DNA of 64,000 nt from Nannocystis pusilla (GTDB taxonomy: Bacteria > Myxococcota_A > Polyangia > Nannocystales > Nannocystaceae), in assembly GCF_049337375.1 (NCBI RefSeq), contig NZ_JBMPIV010000001.1; one strand, given 5' to 3'. The position numbers were made by a program, and so were the translations under genes. Numbering within the stretch: the first letter of the stretch is position 1; each line of letters opens with the position of its first letter. Below are positions 41,083 through 50,744 of this stretch, piece by piece. The notes under the pieces were generated by a model that did no database searches, was not told the origin of the DNA, and saw nothing but the letters and a program-made list of their open reading frames with translations.

Positions 41083-41505
41083 CCGACTCCACTCTCCATT
41101 GCGAGCGCCGCGGCGCCGAGGGCGCCGGACGAGTGAGTGTCTCTTGGGACAGGCGCGTTCGACCTCGGCGGAACACGACGCCAACAGGCCGCGCTCGTCC
41201 GACGCCGGGCCACGCCGGCCGCGGTGGTGTTTGAGCCACAACTTAACACGCAACCGAGGATCATCGCAAGGATAAATCGTCATTGTCGACGCGTCATCGT
41301 ATTGGCGAACCGAGGTTCGCAGTACGTCGATTCGTCGATTACGGCGTCGTAATGACTTCAGCGTCGACGCGCGAATCATGCGCGTGTTCTTTGGGACATG
41401 TCACGAGGGGCAGTACGGTTGCCGCGGCCGCGGGACCGCGGTATACCGGCGGCCTGTGCGGGGCGGGGCCGATGCGGCCGCGCCTCGACGGAGGGAGAAC
41501 GAAGC

Positions 41506-43131
41506 ATGTGTGGAATCCTCGCGGTCTTCGGGGCCGTCGACGACGCGCTCCTCTCGCAGGCGGTGGCCGCGAGCGAGCGCCTCAGCCACCGCGGCCCGGA
41601 CGGCCACGGCGTGCATTATCTGCGGGGCAGGGGCGCGCTGATCCACCGACGGCTGGCGATCATGGATCCGGCGTCGGGGCGGCAGCCGCTGTTCGGCCGC
41701 GACGGCGGCGCGCTCGTGCACAACGGCGAGATTTACAACCACGCGGCGCTGCGGGCCGGGCTGCAGGCGGCGGGGCGGGTGTTCCGCAGCGGGTCCGACA
41801 GCGAGGTGCTGGTCCACCTCTACGAGGCCCGCGGCGACGCGTTCGTCGCCGAGCTCGACGGCGTGTTCGCGCTCGCGGCCATGCGCGACGACGACTGGGT
41901 GGTGGCGCGCGACCCGATCGGGGTAAAGCCGCTCTACTACGGCCGCGACCTCGCCGGCAACCTGTGGTTCTCCTCCGAGCTCAAGGTGCTGGTCGACCGC
42001 TGCGCGTGGTTCAAGGTGTTCCCGCCCGGGCACATCTACACCGGCCGGGGCGGGCTGCGCCGCTGGTATGAAAGGACATGGCTCGAAGGACAGGAGGATT
42101 TCCGCCGCGACGCCGCCGGGCTGCGCGAGCGCTTCGAGGCCGCGGTCGACAAGCGGCTGATGAGCGACGTGCCGCTCGGCGTGCTGCTGTCGGGCGGGCT
42201 CGACTCGAGCCTGGTGGCGGCGCTGGCGGCCCGCCTGGCGCGGCGGCGCGACCCGGGCGCCACGCTGCAGTCGTTCGCGATCGGCGTCGACGGCGACTCG
42301 CCCGACCTGCGGGCGGCGCGAGAGGTCGCGGCGTTCATCGGCACCGAGCACCACGAGGTCCGGCTCGACCTCGACGACGGCGTCGAGGCGCTGCGCGCCA
42401 TCATCTGGCACACCGAGTCGTACGACATCCCGACGGTGCGCGCGAGCGTGCCGATGTACCGCCTGAGCCGCTACATCCGCGACCAGGGGGTCAAGGTCGT
42501 GCTCTCGGGCGAGGGCTCCGACGAGGTGTTCGGCGGCTACCTCTACTTCTACTTCGCCGAGGGCGAGGACGCGTTCCAGCGCGAGACGGTCGAACGGGTC
42601 AAGAACCTCCACTTCAGCGACGTCCTGCGCGCCGACAAGAGCACGATGGCGCACGGGGTCGAGGCGCGGGTGCCGTTCCTCGACCTCGCGTTCCTCGATC
42701 TGGCGATGACGATCGACCCGGCGCTCAAGCGCCCGCTGGCGCCCGGCGCCGGCCGCGAGGGGCGGATGGAGAAGGCGCTGCTGCGCGCGGCGTTCGCCGA
42801 TCCGGCCGATCCGCTGCTGCCGCCGGCGGTGCTGTGGCGGCAGAAGGAGCAGTTCTCCGACGGCGTCGGCTACGGATGGGTCGAGCGGCTCAAGGCCCAC
42901 GCGGAGGCGACCGTGTCCGACCTGGAGATGGCCGAGGCCGGCGAGCGCTTCCCGCACGAGACGCCGACCACCAAGGAGGGCTACCTGTACCGCGCGCTGT
43001 TCTCGACGCTGTTCCCCGGCGACCACGCGGCCCGCTGTGTGCGACGATGGGTGCCGCGCTGGCAGGCCGACGCCGACAGCTCGGGGCGCGCCAACCCGCT
43101 CCACGCCAGCGCTGTCCGAAAGGCCAGGTGA
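41506..43131 (+). CDS. asnB: Asparagine synthase (glutamine-hydrolysing)
   Basis: It has the N-terminal MCGI nucleophile and the SGGLDSS PP-loop. Full AsnB architecture is present. A GGAGGGAG RBS lies upstream. Confidence 0.9.
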   Translation: MCGILAVFGAVDDALLSQAVAASERLSHRGPDGHGVHYLRGRGALIHRRLAIMDPASGRQPLFGRDGGALVHNGEIYNHAALRAGLQAAGRVFRSGSDSEVLVHLYEARGDAFVAELDGVFALAAMRDDDWVVARDPIGVKPLYYGRDLAGNLWFSSELKVLVDRCAWFKVFPPGHIYTGRGGLRRWYERTWLEGQEDFRRDAAGLRERFEAAVDKRLMSDVPLGVLLSGGLDSSLVAALAARLARRRDPGATLQSFAIGVDGDSPDLRAAREVAAFIGTEHHEVRLDLDDGVEALRAIIWHTESYDIPTVRASVPMYRLSRYIRDQGVKVVLSGEGSDEVFGGYLYFYFAEGEDAFQRETVERVKNLHFSDVLRADKSTMAHGVEARVPFLDLAFLDLAMTIDPALKRPLAPGAGREGRMEKALLRAAFADPADPLLPPAVLWRQKEQFSDGVGYGWVERLKAHAEATVSDLEMAEAGERFPHETPTTKEGYLYRALFSTLFPGDHAARCVRRWVPRWQADADSSGRANPLHASAVRKAR

Positions 43132-43134
43132 ATC

Positions 43135-44406
43135 GTGCAAGGACGTCCCAGCCTCAACCTCCAGGTCCGCGGCCTCTCGCCGTCGGCCACCGTGTCGATC
43201 AACGAGCGCAGCAACGACCTGATGGCCGCCGGCCGCGAGGTGTTCAAGCTCGGCCTCGGCCAGTCGCCGTTCCCCGTGCCCGAGAGCGTGATCGAGGCGC
43301 TGCGGGCCCACGCGGCGCGCAAGGAGTACATGCCGGTGCGCGGGCTGCCGGCCCTGCGCGACGCGGTCGCCGCCTATCACCAGCGCAGCGTCGGCGGCGA
43401 GCGCGAGTACAGCGGCGAACACGTGCTGGTCGGTCCGGGCAGCAAGGAGCTGATGTTCATCACCCAGCTGGCGTTCTACGGCGACCTCGTGCTGCCGTCG
43501 CCGGCGTGGGTGTCGTACTCGCCGCAGGCGCGGATCATCGGCCGACAGGTGGTGTGGCTGCCGACGCGCGCGGAGGACGGGTGGAAGCTGCGGCCCGCCG
43601 ACATCGACGCGCTGTGCCGCCGCGACCCGGGGCGCCCGCGGGTGCTCATCCTCAACTACCCGTCGAACCCGACCGGCCAGACCTACGAGGCCGACGAGCT
43701 GGCGGCGCTGGCCGAGGTCCTGCGCGCCCACGAGGTCCTGGTGGTGTCCGACGAGATCTACGGCGAGCTCCACCACGACGGGGCGCACACGTCGATCGCC
43801 CGCTTCTACCCCGAGGGCACGATCATCAGCTCGGGCCTCAGCAAGTGGTGCGGGGCCGGCGGCTGGCGGCTCGGCACGTTCCTGTTCCCGCGCGAGCTCG
43901 AGTGGCTGCAGCGGGCGATGATCGCGGTCGCCAGCGAGACGTACACGTCGACCAGCGCGCCGATCCAGTGCGCCGCGGTGACCGCGTTCGCGTTCGGGCG
44001 CGACATCGCCGCCTACGTGGCCCACGAGCAGGCGATCCTGAAGGCGCTCGGCGCGTGGTGTCACCAGCACTTGAGCGCCGGCGGCATCGCCTGCGCGGCG
44101 CCCCGCGGCGGGTTCTACCTGTTCCCCGAGTTCCACGGCCGCGCGGAGGCGCTGCGGCGGCGCGGGATCACGAGCGGCGAGGCGCTGTGCGAGCGCCTGC
44201 TCGAAGAGACAGGTGTTGCCATTCTCCCGGGCAGCGACTTCGGCCGGCCCGCGGGGGACCTCACCGCGCGGCTCGCCTACGTCGACTTCGACGGCGCCGC
44301 GGCGCTCGCGGCCCACACCGGCCAGGCGATCGACGAGGCGTGGCTGCGGCGGTACATGCCGCGCGTGCTGACGGCGATCGAGCGCATCGTCGCGTTCGTC
44401 GCCTGA
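43135..44406 (+). CDS. PLP-dependent aminotransferase (class I/II fold)
   Basis: It has motifs (…LILNYPSNPTGQ…, …SGLSKWCGAGGWRLG…) consistent with an AAT-like fold including the PLP-binding Lys. Its GTG start is 4 bp after the asnB stop. Confidence 0.8.
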   Translation: MQGRPSLNLQVRGLSPSATVSINERSNDLMAAGREVFKLGLGQSPFPVPESVIEALRAHAARKEYMPVRGLPALRDAVAAYHQRSVGGEREYSGEHVLVGPGSKELMFITQLAFYGDLVLPSPAWVSYSPQARIIGRQVVWLPTRAEDGWKLRPADIDALCRRDPGRPRVLILNYPSNPTGQTYEADELAALAEVLRAHEVLVVSDEIYGELHHDGAHTSIARFYPEGTIISSGLSKWCGAGGWRLGTFLFPRELEWLQRAMIAVASETYTSTSAPIQCAAVTAFAFGRDIAAYVAHEQAILKALGAWCHQHLSAGGIACAAPRGGFYLFPEFHGRAEALRRRGITSGEALCERLLEETGVAILPGSDFGRPAGDLTARLAYVDFDGAAALAAHTGQAIDEAWLRRYMPRVLTAIERIVAFVA

Positions 44407-44878
44407 GGCGGCGAAGCTCGCCCCGTGGCACCCCGCTGAGGCAGGTGCGGGTAGCCGCGACGACGAGGGCGACGCGGCCCGCCGGTGAGCGCCGGCGGGG
44501 GCGCCGAGCACGAGCGTGGTGACGCGGCCGGCGAGGAGCGAGCCGGACAGGTCGTCACGAGCGAGCGCACGCCCGCAGCGGCGGCGGCACTCGAGTCATC
44601 GCTTTTGCGAGCGGCCCCGACGTTGCGCACCGAGCCTATCGTCGGACTTGCGAGCGAGGGACCACGCGGCCCGCCAGGCCGGAGCAGCGCATTTGGAAAG
44701 ACCGCGAGGTCGCGGCGGACCCGCCCGCGGCGACGGCCTCGGCCGCGGCGGCGGCAGGCTCGACCGGCCGATCGACGATTCTCGCCGGTCCAGGTGCGAT
44801 GATTCGCGGGTCCGGTCGATTCGTTGCAGCACCAAAGGATCGCGCTACGCTCCGGTCGGTCTTGCGGAGGAGAAAACC

Positions 44879-45139
44879 ATGGAGTTCATCTGGACATTGA
44901 TCGTGGGCCTGATCGCGGGCGCGCTCGCCAAGCTGGTCATGCCGGGTAAGGATGCAGGCGGTATCGTCGCCACCATGCTCCTCGGCATCGCCGGCTCGTT
45001 CGTCGCCGCCTTCCTCGGGCGCGCGCTCGGCTGGTACTCGCACGTCGACGGCGGCCCGGGCATCATCGCCTCGATCGTCGGCGCGCTGATCCTGCTCGGC
45101 ATCTACCGCCTCGCCGTCGGCCGCGGCATCCGCAGCTGA
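44879..45139 (+). CDS. GlsB/YeaQ/YmgE-family small membrane protein
   Basis: MEFIWTLIVGLIAGALAKLVMPGKD…GGIVATMLLGIAGSFVAAFLG is the family signature. There is an RBS GGAGGAG upstream. Confidence 0.85.
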   Translation: MEFIWTLIVGLIAGALAKLVMPGKDAGGIVATMLLGIAGSFVAAFLGRALGWYSHVDGGPGIIASIVGALILLGIYRLAVGRGIRS

Positions 45140-45199
45140 CTCCCGGGCCTGCAGCGCGCAGGCCGCTGAGTTCGCCGCCGGCGGGCGGACGCCCGGCTC

Positions 45200-47011
45200 T
45201 CATCGTGTGAGTAGTTCGTCGAGGGCCAGCATCCACTCGCCGGCGGGCGTCACCACCCACGCGCCCGCGGTCAGGCGGGCGCGCACGGCCGCCGCGGCTT
45301 CGACCGGCAGGGCGTCGACGATCGCCATCGGGGCGAGCTGAGCGTATGGGACATCGTCGGCCAACCGACGACAGCCCTCTGGCCAGGCGGCCAGGGCGAC
45401 CCGTCGACCCTGCCGGTCGAGGACCGGCTGCAGGCCCGGCACGTCGGCCGCGAGCAGCGCGTCGAGGGCGATGTCGTCCCAGGCGGGCGCCGCCTCGACG
45501 ACGACGCCGTGGCCGGGCAGGCCTGAATCATCGGACATGACCCCAGGTTCCTGTCCCATGGGCTCTGTGCTCATGGACAGGTCCCGAAGGTCAGCCACAC
45601 GCCGGCGCATGCGCGCGAGCAGGGCGGTCGCGTCCGGGCGGCGCGCGGGGTCGGGGTCGAGCGCGTCCTCGACCGCTGCGCGGGCCTCGGGCGCGCTGCC
45701 GCCGAGGTTGCCGGCGACGAGCGCGACCAGCAGGGCGGCGGCGCCGTAGACGTCGCTGGCGGCGGTGGGGGCCCCGCCGGCGCGGACCTCGGGGGCGGTG
45801 ATCGTGAGCAGCTCCTCGAGCGCGCCGGTGCGGGTGGCGATGAGCCCGGCGATCGCGTCGGCGCCGAACGGGCCGAGCAGCGGGCGCCCTGCGGCGTCGC
45901 ACACGAGCTGGGCCGGCAGCAGCGAGCCGTGGACGAGGCCGCGCGCGTGGGCGGCGGCCAGGCCCTCGAGCAAAAAGGCGATCAGGGCGCGGGCCCGCGG
46001 CAGCGGCATGCCGGGCGGACGGATCAGCGCCCGCAGGTTGTTGCCGGCCTCCCAGGGCAGGATCAGGATGCCGGCGCGGGCGTCGAACTGGACGATGCCG
46101 CGGATCGCCGGGTGCTCGAGCGCGGCGGCGGCGAGGGCCCGGCGGTGGAACGCCTCGAGCGCGTCCTGGACCGCGGGGTCGCCGGCGCCGCTCTCCTGCA
46201 GCTCGGCGAGGAGGAGGTGGATCTCGACCTCGGCGAGGGTGACGCGGTCGATGCCCTCGTAGGCCGCGCCGGAGAAGCTGGCCGGCAGCGAGGCGCGGAC
46301 GAGGAAGCGCGCCGGCACCGGGGCGCCCTCGGGGGCCTCGCCGCGGCCTTGCAGGACGATCTGGGCCGCGAGGTCGTGGCCCAGGGCCCCGAGGCCGCGG
46401 GCCAGGAGGCGGCTCAGCGCGGCGCGGTCGGCCCCGCCGGCGCGGATGGCCGCCTGGGCCCGCCGCACCGCGGCCTCGGCGTCGCCGAGCTCCCACGACA
46501 GCTCGGCCGCGAGCTGCAAGGTCGGGCCGTGGCGCTCGGGCAGCGGCTCCAGCAGCGCCAGGGCCTCGCGCACGCGGTCGGCCTCGGCCAGCACGCGGGC
46601 GGCCCCGAGTCTGTCGCCGGCGCGCACGAGGGCGCGGGCGCGGGCCTCGGGGTCGTGGTCGCCGAGCGCCAGGATCCGGGCCGCGTCGGCATGCCGACCC
46701 TTGCGCTGCAGCAGGGCGGCGGCCTGCTGGCGGGTGTCGGCGTCGGCGGCGGTGAACACCGCGATGATGCGGTCGACGACGTCGGGCCGGCCGAGCTCGA
46801 TCGCCGCGCGCAGGGCGTCGAGCGGGCGGCCGGCGCGGGCGTAATGCTCGCAGGCGCCGGCGAACTCCCAGATCTGCTCGAGCACCCAGCCGGCCGCGGC
46901 GTGCCGGCCCGCCAGCGCGAGCGCGTGGGCGAGGGCCTCGTGCCGACCCTGGGCGAGCATGCGCTGCTCGTCGTCGGTCAGCGGCTCGGGCGGGGCCGGG
47001 ACGGCCGCCAA
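45200..47011 (-). CDS. TPR-repeat protein with a degenerate kinase-like (pseudokinase) domain
   Basis: It has N-terminal TPR-like helices and a kinase-like region (LAAAHARGLVHGSLLPAQLV…GPFG). It may be two genes (see findings). Its start is 1 nt after the lipase stop. Confidence 0.6.
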   Translation of the reverse strand: MAAVPAPPEPLTDDEQRMLAQGRHEALAHALALAGRHAAAGWVLEQIWEFAGACEHYARAGRPLDALRAAIELGRPDVVDRIIAVFTAADADTRQQAAALLQRKGRHADAARILALGDHDPEARARALVRAGDRLGAARVLAEADRVREALALLEPLPERHGPTLQLAAELSWELGDAEAAVRRAQAAIRAGGADRAALSRLLARGLGALGHDLAAQIVLQGRGEAPEGAPVPARFLVRASLPASFSGAAYEGIDRVTLAEVEIHLLLAELQESGAGDPAVQDALEAFHRRALAAAALEHPAIRGIVQFDARAGILILPWEAGNNLRALIRPPGMPLPRARALIAFLLEGLAAAHARGLVHGSLLPAQLVCDAAGRPLLGPFGADAIAGLIATRTGALEELLTITAPEVRAGGAPTAASDVYGAAALLVALVAGNLGGSAPEARAAVEDALDPDPARRPDATALLARMRRRVADLRDLSMSTEPMGQEPGVMSDDSGLPGHGVVVEAAPAWDDIALDALLAADVPGLQPVLDRQGRRVALAAWPEGCRRLADDVPYAQLAPMAIVDALPVEAAAAVRARLTAGAWVVTPAGEWMLALDELLTR

Positions 47012-47012
47012 C

Positions 47013-48461
47013 TCAGTGCTCCTCCGCGAACAGGTCGCGCGCGAGCTCGCGGTAGAACTCGAGGTGGTCGAACTTGACGTCGGTGACGCCGAGCAGCTGC
47101 CCGACCTCGTCGATGTGGTCGGCGATCATCTCGCCGCGGTAGTCGCCCCACTGGGCGCTCTCGACGGTGACGAGGCCGTCGTTGTCGCCGCGCGCGAGCT
47201 GCAGCACCGTGTAGCCGAGGCTGATCAGCGGGTCGACCAGGTCCTGGCAGTGATTGCCGGGGATGAGGAAGCCGGCGGCGTCGCAGGTGCGGCCGGTGTA
47301 GCTGATGTACTTCACGCGCGGGTCGTCGGGGTTCGAGGGGTTGAACTCGTCCTGCATGTAGTGCTCGCTGAGCGAGTAGAACGAGGCCTCGGCGTCGGAC
47401 TTCTGCTGGGCCGAGACGGCGCCGACGAAGTTGAGGAGGAAGCCGAGCGCGGCCTCGACCCCGCCCGGCGCGAGGCCGAGGGCGAGGTCGGTGATGTACG
47501 TGCCGCGGTGCGGGCTGGCGATCGTGACCACCGCGGAGACGCGGTCGCCGTAGCCGTGGCTGGCGACCACGGCCCGCGAGTCGATGCCGCCCTGGCTGTG
47601 GCCGAGCAGGTCGAGCTTGCGCGCGCGCTGGGCCACGAGGAACTCGTCGAGCTGCTCGGCGAGCTGTCCGCTGCGCACGGTGGTGCTGTTGTACGGGTCG
47701 AGGACGGCGACCTCGACCGGGAAGCCGAGCGACTCGAGCTCGGCGGTGACGCCGTAGAAGTAGGTGATCGGGCCTATCGCCTCGAAGCCGGTCCAGCCGT
47801 GGACGAGGACGATCGGGAAGCGGGTGGTCTCGCGCCCGCAGCCGATCGAGCACACGAACTCGAGGTTGTAGTCGCTCGCGGCGTCGGGGCTGTCCGATCG
47901 GACATGCACCGCGAACTCGCCCGAGCGCGGGACGGCGAAGATGGCCTCGGCCGGGGCCTCGCCGCTGACCAGCGGGGGCGCCAGCGCGGCCTGCCACACC
48001 AGCGCGCCCGGCTCGTCGGGGTAGGCGACGGTGGCCCGCAGCGGGCCGGCGCCGTCGGTGCGGGTGAGGCGGATCTGCCACGAGCTCTCGTCGGGGAAGG
48101 CGACGTACCAGCGGTGCTCGCTGCAGGCCGGCAAGGTCTCGCCCTTCACGTCCTCGCCGACGCCGAGGTAGTCGCGCTCGATCAGCGCCAATTGATTCGG
48201 GTCGCAGGCGGGCTCGCCGGTGGTGGTGGTGGTGCCGGTGGTCTGGCCGTGGCCGCCGCTGCCGTCGTCGCCCGTGCCCGTGCCGGTGGTGGTCGGCGGG
48301 GCGTCGGGCGGGCCGTCCGTGGCGTCGCTGTCGGGGACGTCGGAGTCTGTCCCTTCGGTCATCCCCGCGCCGGCGCCGGGGCCCTGGGCGTCGCCGCAGG
48401 CGAGGGTCACGAGCGAGACCGCGAGCGCGGCGGTGAGCGCGGGCGAGCGTAGGGACGACAC
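47013..48461 (-). CDS. Secreted lipase (alpha/beta hydrolase; GHSQGG nucleophile elbow) lipoprotein
   Basis: It has a lipobox (LTLACG) and a Thr/Gly linker. Motifs HGW and GHSQGG are present, typical of bacterial triacylglycerol lipases. Confidence 0.85.
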   Translation of the reverse strand: MSSLRSPALTAALAVSLVTLACGDAQGPGAGAGMTEGTDSDVPDSDATDGPPDAPPTTTGTGTGDDGSGGHGQTTGTTTTTGEPACDPNQLALIERDYLGVGEDVKGETLPACSEHRWYVAFPDESSWQIRLTRTDGAGPLRATVAYPDEPGALVWQAALAPPLVSGEAPAEAIFAVPRSGEFAVHVRSDSPDAASDYNLEFVCSIGCGRETTRFPIVLVHGWTGFEAIGPITYFYGVTAELESLGFPVEVAVLDPYNSTTVRSGQLAEQLDEFLVAQRARKLDLLGHSQGGIDSRAVVASHGYGDRVSAVVTIASPHRGTYITDLALGLAPGGVEAALGFLLNFVGAVSAQQKSDAEASFYSLSEHYMQDEFNPSNPDDPRVKYISYTGRTCDAAGFLIPGNHCQDLVDPLISLGYTVLQLARGDNDGLVTVESAQWGDYRGEMIADHIDEVGQLLGVTDVKFDHLEFYRELARDLFAEEH

Positions 48462-48601
48462 GCGTCGACTGTAGCAGCGAGGGCGCGGGCTCCGGGAGTG
48501 CGCGCCGCCGCAATGTGCGCTGGCGCCGGCCCGGGCGCCCGCCCTTGCGGGGGTTGCTGCGGGGCTTTGCCCGGGGCGGCGCCTGGGCTATAGCCGGGCC
48601 C

Positions 48602-49318
48602 ATGACCGCGACGAGCCGCTCCAAGCTGTTCTCCGGCGCCGCGGAGGCGCTGTTCGACGTGCGCGACGGGGCCCAGGTGGCCGTGGGTGGGTTCGGCCTG
48701 TGCGGCAACCCGGAGGCGTGCATCCAGGCGCTGGCGGCCTCGGGGGCGAAGGACCTCGTGATCGTGTCGAACAACTGCGGCAACCAGGGCCAGGGCCTGG
48801 CGGTGCTGCTGCAACGAAGGCTGGTGGCGCGGGTGATCTGCAGCTTCGTCGGCGGCAACCCGGATCTGGAGCAGCAGATGCTCTCCGGCCAGGTCCAGGT
48901 CGAGCTCAACCCGCAAGGCACCCTGGCCGAACGCCTGCGCGCCGGCGGGTCGGGCATCCCGGCGTTCTTCACGCCGACCGGGGCCGGCACGGTGGTGTCC
49001 GAGGGCAAGGAGGTCCGGGAGTTCGCCGGTCGCCCGTGCGTGCTCGAGACGGCGCTCCAGCCCGACTTCGCCATCGTCCGTGCCGAGGTCGGCGACCCGC
49101 TCGGCAACCTCCGCTTCTATCGCACGGCCCGCAACTTCAACCCGCTGGCGGCGATGGCGGCGCGGGTCACGATCGCCGAGGTCGACCGCCTCGTCGAGGT
49201 CGGCGAGCTCGACCCGGACGATGTCCACCTGCCCGGAATCTTCGTTCAGCGGGTGATCCACGTGCCCGAGCACAAGAACGTGATCGAGTACCGCACGACC
49301 CGCCCCCGCGCCGGTTGA
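48602..49318 (+). CDS. scoA: 3-oxoacid CoA-transferase subunit A (ScoA/AtoD-like)
   Basis: It is strongly similar to ScoA (AVGGFGLCGNPE, VSNNCG, QGTLAERLRAGG, NPLAAMAA). No subunit B gene is adjacent. Confidence 0.85.
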   Translation: MTATSRSKLFSGAAEALFDVRDGAQVAVGGFGLCGNPEACIQALAASGAKDLVIVSNNCGNQGQGLAVLLQRRLVARVICSFVGGNPDLEQQMLSGQVQVELNPQGTLAERLRAGGSGIPAFFTPTGAGTVVSEGKEVREFAGRPCVLETALQPDFAIVRAEVGDPLGNLRFYRTARNFNPLAAMAARVTIAEVDRLVEVGELDPDDVHLPGIFVQRVIHVPEHKNVIEYRTTRPRAG

Positions 49319-49462
49319 TCCGGCGGCCGCGGCGCTGGCCCCAGGCCCGCAGCAGGCCCCGCAGGCCCGCTCGGCGGGGCGTCCGCGCGCCTTCGCCGGT
49401 TTTTGTCAATTTTGCGAGATCGCGGCTAGCCTCACCGGGCCGGAAGGATAGGCGAGGGTCAC

Positions 49463-50056
49463 ATGACGGAGGACATGCTCGAAGACATCGAGGTCGAATC
49501 GACCATCCCGCGCGCCCTGGTGATCCTGGCCGAAGGGGCAGAGGAAGCCGAGGCCGTGATCGTGGTCGACATCCTCCGCCGCGGCGGGATCGACGTGGTG
49601 TTCGCGGGGCTCAACGGCGACAGCCCGGTCCTGTGCGGCCGCAAGATGAAGCTCATCCCCGACATCGCGCTGTCGGCGGTGACAGGCCACTTCCAGGCGA
49701 TCGTGCTGCCGGGCGGGGCCGAAGGGGCCCGCCGCCTCGGCAGCTCGGAGGCGGTCGGCGAGCGCCTCCGCCACGCAGTCACCGACGGCCTGGTCGTCGG
49801 GGCCATCTGCGCGGCCCCGCTGGCCCTCTTGGCCCACCAGGTGTTCGCCGGCAAGGCGATGACCTGCCACCCCAGCGTGGCCTCACGGATCGCGATGTAC
49901 GGCAAGCTGGTCCAAAAGCCAGTCGTCGAGGACGGCCAGCTGGTCACGAGCCAGGGCCTCGGCACGGCGATCATGTTCGGGCTGACGCTGGTCCGCAGGA
50001 TCATGGGCGACGTCCGCGCAGCCGACGTCGAGCGCGGCCTCACGCTGCCCCGCTGA
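49463..50056 (+). CDS. DJ-1/PfpI (ThiJ/YajL) family protein
   Basis: LAEGAEEAEAV…AICAAPLAL places the conserved Cys in the nucleophile elbow. It is about 197 aa long. Confidence 0.85.
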   Translation: MTEDMLEDIEVESTIPRALVILAEGAEEAEAVIVVDILRRGGIDVVFAGLNGDSPVLCGRKMKLIPDIALSAVTGHFQAIVLPGGAEGARRLGSSEAVGERLRHAVTDGLVVGAICAAPLALLAHQVFAGKAMTCHPSVASRIAMYGKLVQKPVVEDGQLVTSQGLGTAIMFGLTLVRRIMGDVRAADVERGLTLPR

Positions 50057-50101
50057 GGTCCGCGGACGGCGCGCCGCGGAGGGCCGTCGGCGCTCCGGCA
50101 G

Positions 50102-50689
50102 TCACGCGGTCGCGCCGATCGTGCGGGCGAGCGCGGGCGAGAGCGGGTAGGGCTTCTCGGGCGGCAGGAGGGCCTTGGCCCGCGCTTCGTGGCCGCTCTT
50201 GAGGTGGCCGTGGATCTTGCGCACGAGCGGGGTGAGGTCGGTGATGTCGACGGTCCACGCGTCGGCGAAGCGATCGATGACGTGGCGCGAGAGGCCGACC
50301 TGGATGCTGCCCTGCTGCAGGTCGGCGCCGCGGAGCGAGCGCTCGGGGTCCCACTGGATGTGGACGGCGGCGGCGGCGAACCGCTCGCGCCACTCATCGG
50401 GGTCGCTATGAAGGCGTGGATCGTGGCTGGTGAGCACGCCGGCGGCGAGCGCCTCCTCCCAGCCGGCGCGGGAGATCCGTACGGCCAGGACGTGCTCCTG
50501 GCCGGATTTCTGCGCCCAGTTGCTGCGCTCCATCAGCCACAGGAACGAGGGCTTGATCCACGTCATGCGCGTCCGCGAAAACGGCGGCACGAAGCGCTTG
50601 GCGGCCAGCGCGGGTCGGGCGATCGCGGGGCCGTACGCCTGATAGACGACGATCGTGCGGGCGTCGAAGTCGGCGCGGATCTGGTTCAT
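50102..50689 (-). CDS. DUF4291-family protein
   Basis: RMTWIKPSFLWLMERSNWAQK…VHIQWDPER fits the DUF4291 pattern. The start is taken at MNQIRADF. Confidence 0.7.
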   Translation of the reverse strand: MNQIRADFDARTIVVYQAYGPAIARPALAAKRFVPPFSRTRMTWIKPSFLWLMERSNWAQKSGQEHVLAVRISRAGWEEALAAGVLTSHDPRLHSDPDEWRERFAAAAVHIQWDPERSLRGADLQQGSIQVGLSRHVIDRFADAWTVDITDLTPLVRKIHGHLKSGHEARAKALLPPEKPYPLSPALARTIGATA

Positions 50690-50744
50690 GGCGGCCGGCG
50701 AGGGTCGCACGCCGGGCCGGCCGCTGCCACCGGGGCGGGCGCGC

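Noticed and set aside
41401-44511. 1036-aa minus-strand ORF
   Set aside because: It is entirely antisense to asnB and the aminotransferase, both of which have unmistakable motifs.
46978-49107. 709-aa minus-strand ORF
   Set aside because: It is out-of-frame or antisense relative to the lipase and scoA genes. It is Arg/Pro-rich.
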